A DNA stretch of 63,969 bases, counting the filler, from Craspedostauros australis (Eukaryota), in NCBI GenBank assembly GCA_030167865.1. It is 5 parts of 5 records of this genome, joined end to end, with 100 filler letters (N's around TTAATTAATTAA, not from the genome) between each part and the next. Parts side by side here need not be neighbours in the genome. Positions count along the whole stretch, not along the records: positions 52,944 to 58,053 come from JALAGF010000594.1; positions 58,154 to 62,589 come from JALAGF010000599.1; positions 62,690 to 63,969 come from JALAGF010000600.1; 2 more parts are not named here. One strand, 5' to 3'. Of the stretch, positions 57,045-63,969 are shown one piece after another. The position numbers and the translations under genes are program-made. A model generated the notes under the pieces. That model had not been told where the DNA came from. It ran no database searches and worked only from the letters and a program-made list of their open reading frames with translations. Numbering within the stretch: the stretch's first letter is position 1; every line of letters starts with the position of its first letter.

Positions 57045-57830
57045 GATGCACAGGTTCTGGTGGGGGATGTCTAATGGGATATGGTAGTACCCCATTGACA
57101 GGTCGAACGCTGTGGCATACTTGAACTGCCCCAATTTCTTGAGAATGTCCTGTATCTTTGGCAATGGATGTGGTTGCTGTTTCAGGTGCTTGTTGAGTTC
57201 CCGGAAGTCGGTTGGTACTTGCACATCGCCATTCTTTTTTGGCTGGATGAAGCTGGACGCAGTCCAGTAACTATATGAGAAGCTCCCCCACACTCCGATC
57301 GCCTCAACTCATTTGCTTTCCTTCTTTGTTACCTGCTCATAGGCTTTGGACACCAGAAAGGCCTTGCCAAAGCAATTCGCTGCATGTTTGTATGTACGCA
57401 TTGGGTAATTGGTAGATGCGCTGCTACTAGAGCTGATATCGTTGTTGTCCTGGTTCAATTGACGAAGGTAGTTGGCGTTTTCATCGTTTTCATCGGTGAT
57501 GCAACACTTCTTCTTTGGGCTCCGCTTGCACAGCAACGATCGAACGGGTTGATGGAAGACCTCTTGGGTCAAAACCACGTTGACGTTTCCATCGCTCTTG
57601 TTGGAACCCTTCTTACCCTTGTACGGGACATGCCAACTGCTTGGGCGGATGCTTGCATTCTTCCAATCATTCCAACATGTGCTGGTTTCATGTCAGGTTT
57701 GGCCGCATCTCCCACACATGGGAATGGATTTGCTGGCACTTCTCTTGTTGCATTTATGTCAGGAATCGAGGGTACGACTCTGTCGGAAAGATACCCATGA
57801 TTGCCGCAACTCCCAACATTATTTGTCACA
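57045..57830 (-). mobile_element. Ty3/gypsy LTR-retrotransposon relic (gag zinc knuckle + N-terminal RT fragment)
   Basis: CGRCGQT*HETSTC (CCHC with a stop) at ~57678-57716. RT at ~57050-57293: WTASSFIQPKKNGDVQVPTDFRELNKHLKQQPHPLPKIQDIL...YATAFDLSMGYYHIPL. No protease between them. Confidence 0.85.
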
Positions 57831-58053
57831 CCTTTGGATATTATTNGTCACACCNTTGAATATTATCCATTCCACCCACGACACGAATCACACGGGAATG
57901 ACCTCAGTCTTACCAAGCAAACAAGCCTGTCCTCTGTGAATCAAGAAAAGGCAACGATATCTAAATCATGTGAAGGAAGATGATGACCGACACATTGATG
58001 ATCACCCCATCTGGAGATCATGGCACGTGTCACCCAGGGACTAGAACAACTCA

Positions 58054-58153
58054 NNNNNNNNNNNNNNNNNNNNNNNNNNNNNNNNNNNNNNNNNNNNTTA
58101 ATTAATTAANNNNNNNNNNNNNNNNNNNNNNNNNNNNNNNNNNNNNNNNNNNN
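58054..58153. other. Assembly gap spacer
   Basis: N44-TTAATTAATTAA-N44. Confidence 0.97.
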
Positions 58154-61100
58154 ACCACGCGTCACGCCATACGATCCGGTGACTGGACTTCATTGAGACA
58201 GCACGACCCCAGCTGTGCCCGCAGAACCGTACTACGACGGCATGACCTACCATGGAATGGACGATAGGAACAACGATCCCAACAACAATGACTACAAAGA
58301 CGACATGGCAGCGGCTGCCATGGAACAGCTCCACGAACTGAGCACCAAATACAAGGACAAGGTCAACAAGGACATCTGGCTTGCCAACAGCAGAGCTTCG
58401 TATCACATCGTGAATTCAGATGCCGCCCTCTTCTTCGTGCGGCACATCAAGTCATTCGTCCAAGTGGGAGACAGCACGAAGCTGGACTCTCCCAAGATGG
58501 GATCCATCAAACTGCAGATCAAGCAACAAGACAACACTGGCCACACCATCTGGCTCGATGATGTGAAGTACACACCCAAGATGGCGGTGAACCTTTTCTC
58601 TACGAACAAGGCTCTGTACAACAGTTACCAGCTTGGTAACAACGGCATTCTGATGGACATCATCAACGGATCCGGAATGAAGATCGTGTTCAACCGAGTC
58701 TTCCCCACATCCAATGGATTCATCACGGGAGTGCAGATGCATCCCATCATGCCAACAGACGACGACAAGGCTTGCACAGCCATCATCAAGAGTCCATCCA
58801 AGGAGATCAGCGCAGTGAACTTGCATCAAATGCTTGGCCACGCGCCACTTGAGACAATGAAGCGGACGGCCGCTCAGTACGGATGGAAGATCATCGGCGA
58901 GATGCCGGTATGTCACGACTGCGCAGTCGCGAACGCAAGAGTGAAGAACATTCCGAAGGCAACGATTCCAAGAGCAACTCGCCACGGCGAACGTCTCTTC
59001 ATTGACATTAGTTACACTAAACACATAAGCTTCGGAGATAAACGCTACTGGACCCTGATCGTGGACGACTGCACGGATCACTGCTGGAGTTTCTTTCTCA
59101 AGAACAAAAGTGACCAACCAGGGTACATCAAACGATTCGTTCAAACGATCAAGTCACAGACTGGTGATCAACAAATCACCTTCCAAGGAGACAACAGCGG
59201 AGAGAACAAATCCACGCAGGATACTCTCATCGATGCAGGACTGATTGTGAAATTCGAATTCACGGCATCGAACACGCCGCAACAGAACGGCAGAGTGGAA
59301 CGAAAGTTCGCGTACCTCTACACCAAGATCCGCTCCATGCTCAACGGAGCACAACTTGACGAAGAGTATAGGCATGGCCTGTGGGCAGCAGCTGCAAGCA
59401 CTGCCACCGCCATTGCCAACATCACCGTAGCGAAGAATCAGAAAGAGTCACCACATCGCCAGTTCTTCGACAATGATCCACCATATGCAGATGCACTCCG
59501 CACATTTGGAGAGGTGGGTGTTGTGAAGACTACCTATGGCGGGATCACCGCCAAACTCAAGAATAGAGGAGAAGAGATGGTGTTCATCGGATATGCACAC
59601 CAACACGCATCAGGGGTCTACAATATGTATAGACCATCGACCAAGTCACTCATCTGTTCACACGATGTCAAGTGGCTCAATCAATCATACGGACAATTCC
59701 GTGGCTGGGCACCAGCACCGAACATATCCAACGAAACAGGAACAACGGACGCAGACGGCTTCACAACCATTGGACGGAAGGGAGCAATGCCAAGGACGGC
59801 AATGGGTCGAACATCAGAAGCGAAGAGAGTATCTTTCGCTGACACGAACAAGTGTCACATCTTATCAGATAGCGACGATGAGGATGACGAAGACGATGGA
59901 GCAGTAACTCAACTAATCCATAACAACGATGAAGATCGGAGCGAATCCAATCAGGAGGATGACGAAATCCAACCATCCGGCGACAAAGCCGATGATGGCG
60001 GAGATATCACTCCTCCAAACACACCAGCGAGGTCTACACACGAGACTCCATCGAGATCTTCACCGACCAAACCAAGCAAGCGTGACATAGACAGAAAGGA
60101 GAGAATCCAATGTCATGAAGCACAAGGCAGGAAAGGCGATGTTTATCCCAAGCCCACTACAGAGAAGAGTATTCCCAGAGCTCTGCGTGAGCTCGCAGAC
60201 TTCAACAAACGAGGTCGAAAGGAGGAAGGTTATGAGAGCGAATCATCATCCAACGAAGAGAGTGACGAACTCAGCGATGAGATAACTGACGAATCCAACA
60301 ATGAGACTACAGATGACGAAGAAATCGTAGACGGAGAAGAAGAGATCGAAATCACTCATCATAGCACAACAGGACTATATGGAATGAACGCAATCATCAC
60401 CGAATCACCAGCGATCGACATCGGATTGTCGATGCAGGACGAGAACAAGGAACCAGAGAAGCACATCGAACCAACAACATTTGACGGAGCCTTCAACCAC
60501 CCAGATCCCATCCACCAAAAGGGATATCGAGCAGCCATCAAAAAGGAGTTCGACTCTATGGATACACGCAAAGTGTACAGCAAGATCAAACAAGACGCCA
60601 TTCCACGCGGCCGCAGATGCTGCAAATGCAAATGGGTCTTCAAGTTGAAGCGCGACAGCACACATCGAGCGCGGCTTGTTGCATGTGGCTATTCACAAAT
60701 CGCAGGAGTGGACTTCCAAGAGCACTACTCGCCTGTCATCCATGACGTGACATATCGGGTCATGATGGTGATCATGCTGATCAAGAAGATGGACTGCGCA
60801 CTTGTCGATGTCGTAACGGCATTCCTACATGGAGACCTCGACGAGAAGATCTACATGAACTGTCCCAATGGGATGGATCATCAACCAGACGAAGCCCTGA
60901 CCCCGCACAAGCCAATCTACAGGCTTGTGCAGAGCGCCAGGCAATGGTTCAAGATGTTGGTATCGACCCTCAAGAATATCAACTTCGAACAGAGCGCAGC
61001 AGACCCGTGCCTGTTCTACAGAAAGACGAACAAAGGAAGCATGATTGTGGCCATCTACATGGACAATTGCTTCTGCTGTGGAGACTCCAAGGCACTGGAG

Positions 61101-62054
61101 ACATTCCTGAAGGACATCCAAGGCAGCAAGTTCAAGGTAACAATCGAGCGCGAACTCGGAGATTACCTCAGTTGCAACATTGAAATGAACCATGACAAGA
61201 CCAGAGCAACGCTACGCCAACTACATCTCATCCGACATCTCGTCAAAGAGTTTGGAACCAAAGTTGAGAAGATACAACGCTACGGGACACCGGGAACCCT
61301 GGGTCAAATCATTGTACAACCATCCGAAGACAATGGACTACAGAAGGTCGGACCAGAAGAACATGCCAAATACCGCCGAGGCATCGGTATGCTACTCTTC
61401 CTCATCAAACACTCGCGACCAGATATCGCGAACCCTGTGAGGGAACTCTCCAAGGTATTGATTGGGCCCACCAAGGCCGCAATGAAGGAGATGTATCGGA
61501 TCATCAAATACATGATCGATACAAAAGACTATGGATTGAAGATCCATCCAGCACGTTCAGACGACGACGGCTGGGACATGGAGCTCTTCTGCAATACCGA
61601 ATATGCAGGAGACAAGAACACGAGAATCAGCATAGGAGGGTTCATCCTATACCTGTGCAAGGTGCCAATCCTTTGGCGATCCAAGGCACAGAAGGCCGTC
61701 ACACTCAGCTCATCCAAAGCAGAATACGTTACCCTTTCCGAAGTGGCAAAGGAGATCTTCTTCGTCGTACAGCTACTCGAAAGTGTGGGCGTCCCAGTGA
61801 AGACACCGATCAAGGTCCGCGTGGACAACATTGGAGCAATCATCATAGCCAAGAACCCATCGACATCCCAATGATCGCGGCACATCGACGTGCGCCATCA
61901 CTACGTGCGGAACATGGTAACCAACAAGACCATCGAAATCATCTTCGTGAAGTCAGAGCAGAACACAAGCGACGGATTCACCAAGAACATCAAGGCCGAC
62001 TTACAACGTGAACACGAGAAGTCGTACCTTGACACATCAAGAACATTCGAGTGA
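58154..62054 (+). mobile_element. Ty1/copia (CoDi-like) pol, order PR-INT-RT-RNaseH; inactive, 5' part lost in the gap
   Basis: Protease WLANSRASYH; HQMLGH...CHDC; integrase LFIDIS, GDNSGE, PQQNGRVER; RT KWVFKLK..RARLVACGYSQ, DVVTAFLHG, IYMDN; RNaseH LSSSKAEY, VRVDN. In-frame TGA at 61872, then SRHIDVRHHYVR...SDGFTKN to TGA at 62052-62054. Confidence 0.95.
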
Positions 62055-62066
62055 CCGAATGCACAC

Positions 62067-62448
62067 AGGAAAGGTGTCGAGATGTATATGTATGTGCATC
62101 GCCCATCCAATTGGTTCGCCTCGACTCGACCAACTAGCGTCGACAATATTCGTGTTCCGAACGTTTCTTGTTTGAGAACAACAAAACAAACTCGGACACA
62201 CCAAATCACCCAAGAATCACATGGAGACGTTGGGACAATCTAACCTGAGAGGATCAGGACTTTTGTACGTCCACCAGCCGACATGGCATCGAGCAAGGAT
62301 CGATGGAGGTTGCAACTAAACCCAAAATGACGACCTGACCATCTGACCACCATATGATGATGGAATGAGGAATCAGAGAACGCATGGAAGAGAGCAGCTG
62401 ACGTTGACAGGATGTCATTGTGTCACCACATCAACAGCTGTCTCAACA
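62067..62448 (+). repeat. Polypurine tract and putative 3' LTR of the Copia element (end tentative)
   Basis: AGGAAAGG at 62067-62074 followed directly by TGTCGAGA at 62075. TCTCAACA at 62441-62448 is a 7/8 inverted match ending in CA. Confidence 0.5.
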
Positions 62449-62589
62449 TCCGGCAGAGAACAAGGAAGATTCAATGACGATTGGTCATCGAGATCTTGAA
62501 AGGTCAAGAAGGAGTTCGGAATTAGACAAAAGCGCCTACACGTGCGCATGGTAGTATGCTCATGGAAGATAAGGTGATGAACAATGAAT

Positions 62590-62689
62590 NNNNNNNNNNN
62601 NNNNNNNNNNNNNNNNNNNNNNNNNNNNNNNNNTTAATTAATTAANNNNNNNNNNNNNNNNNNNNNNNNNNNNNNNNNNNNNNNNNNNN
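62590..62689. other. Assembly gap spacer
   Basis: N44-TTAATTAATTAA-N44. Confidence 0.97.
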
Positions 62690-63790
62690 CTTGTTGGTGT
62701 TGTTGATCCTGCGCTTCGTCTTGTTGCGCGGGTTGCGCAAGTCGTTGCGTTGCGCGGAACGACGCACAATGCCAAGGAAGGCATCGAAGTCCAGAGAGAA
62801 GTCCATCTTGCCGGTGGTGAGGCTCATGTTGGTTTGGAGAGCGTCGGCGTCGTCGAGAGCGCGACAGAGGTCATTGTCTGGAGCGATGGCTTCACGCAGC
62901 CATTGCATCTTCCAGTCGTCGGCGACTGGGCTGTCTTGGACCTCCTCCAGGTCGTTCACCTTCGACAACCAGCTNNNNNNNAATGTCTCACGGCTGCTGT
63001 TCCAGGTGTTGTTGAGCTTCAGGTTCCTGATCTCGGCTTGGATCATCTGGGCCTTGTTGGTCGCCGCTACGCCAGAGGCGTACTCCTCCTTCAGCATCAT
63101 GTAGACGCCATGCCCATCCTCCTTGTCAGCGTACGGCAAGAGGCAGTTGCGGCTCTTCATGGTGCGAAGGGAGTTCGAGAGAACATAGTACAGGAACGTA
63201 CGTTGCTCTTCGAACAGGGCAAGCTCTTCACTTGCTGGCAGGTACTCCGGATCGACGGCGTTCTTGATTCCATGAGCTGCTGCGGTGGCTCGGAGACGGT
63301 GATCGAACTGCAGGAACTGCTCATCGTTCTTCAGGGTCGGGTAGTCGCTCAGGTTGCGCTTGGTGCCACGCTTGAAGGCCGTGACATCATCCAAGGATGG
63401 GGTAGACGAGGGGACCACATCCGGTGTGGGCACTTCAGCCACGGTTGTCTTCGGTTCTGCCTTCTTCTCCTTCTTCATGAAGGTCTGAAGGCGAGCTGCG
63501 TTCAGCTCAAGCCAGGTGCTGGCTTCCATGCCTTCTTGGTTCTCGTACCAGCGCTCCAATGCAAGGATCTTGCGCACATGCAATGCAGCAAGCTTGCAGT
63601 CATAGGGTTCGCTACCCTCCTTGGAGATGGTGATGTGGAGGCCATCCAGGTCCTCCTTCATCAGCAGCGTGAGGTCGTCGATGTCCTCTACGCCAGATGA
63701 GGTGATGACTCGACGCTCGTCGGAGTCGTTCTTGATCCCAACCGCCTTGAGGGCGTGGTTGAGGATGTCCAGTGGGTTCATGGATGTCAT
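62690..63790 (-). mobile_element. Gag of a second diatom Copia-type (CoDi-like) retrotransposon, running into the gap
   Basis: FKRGTKRNLSDYPTLKNDEQF...ATAAAHG...VDPEYLP...LFEEQRTFLYYVL...DGHGVYMMLKEEY resembles, from recall, the FxxGxKRD..YP.LK gag motif of diatom Copia. The ORF is open apart from Ns. Confidence 0.75.
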
Positions 63791-63969
63791 CTTGGAGATG
63801 ATCGGGTTCGTTCTGTCTCTTCACAGCGGATGCGCTCGGGTGATGAGGGGCTCGGTATGTCGGCAACAGGCTGTTGCGGACTTGTTCAATGCAATTGCGG
63901 TTCGGGTGCTATCACGTCGTCACGTGATGCTCGTTCGTTCAGCTGGGATGCAGCTGTCTCGGGATGGGG

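Noticed and set aside
1..63969. tRNA, rRNA or other ncRNA genes
   Set aside because: None recognised by eye; tRNAscan-SE/Infernal would be needed to exclude small RNAs such as intronic snoRNAs.

Overview
Eukaryotic genomic scaffold, very probably from a diatom (pennate by inference). Evidence for that: GT-AG introns, RXL-motif secretory proteins, PS-repeat mucin-like protein, GC/PDE fusion, HSF expansion-type gene and CoDi-like Copia elements. Bases 1 to ~52.8 kb are a gene-dense, CpG-rich euchromatic stretch. It holds an ankyrin-repeat gene (partial), a 3-exon receptor-type guanylate cyclase-phosphodiesterase fusion, two RXL type-I membrane proteins, KLHDC4, a double-domain HSF, a two-C2 copine-like protein, SIL1, a very large PS-repeat protein cut by a gap, a membrane protein with a bacterial-type DUF4034-like domain, an alpha-arrestin, SKP1, PRORP, a DUF296/PPC protein and RPS12. 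From ~52.9 kb to the end is a transposon cluster: a decayed Tc1/mariner (DD38D spacing), a Ty3/gypsy relic, a near-complete Ty1/copia pol inactivated largely by CpG transitions, and a second Copia gag. Four 100-bp artificial gap spacers (N44-TTAATTAATTAA-N44) break the assembly. I see no clearly new multi-gene system. The best leads are single-gene architectures (DUF4034-like receptor, GC-PDE with altered specificity residues, RXL membrane proteins, two-zone PS array) and the methylation footprint in the transposons. All family assignments come from motif recognition by eye, not from database searches.
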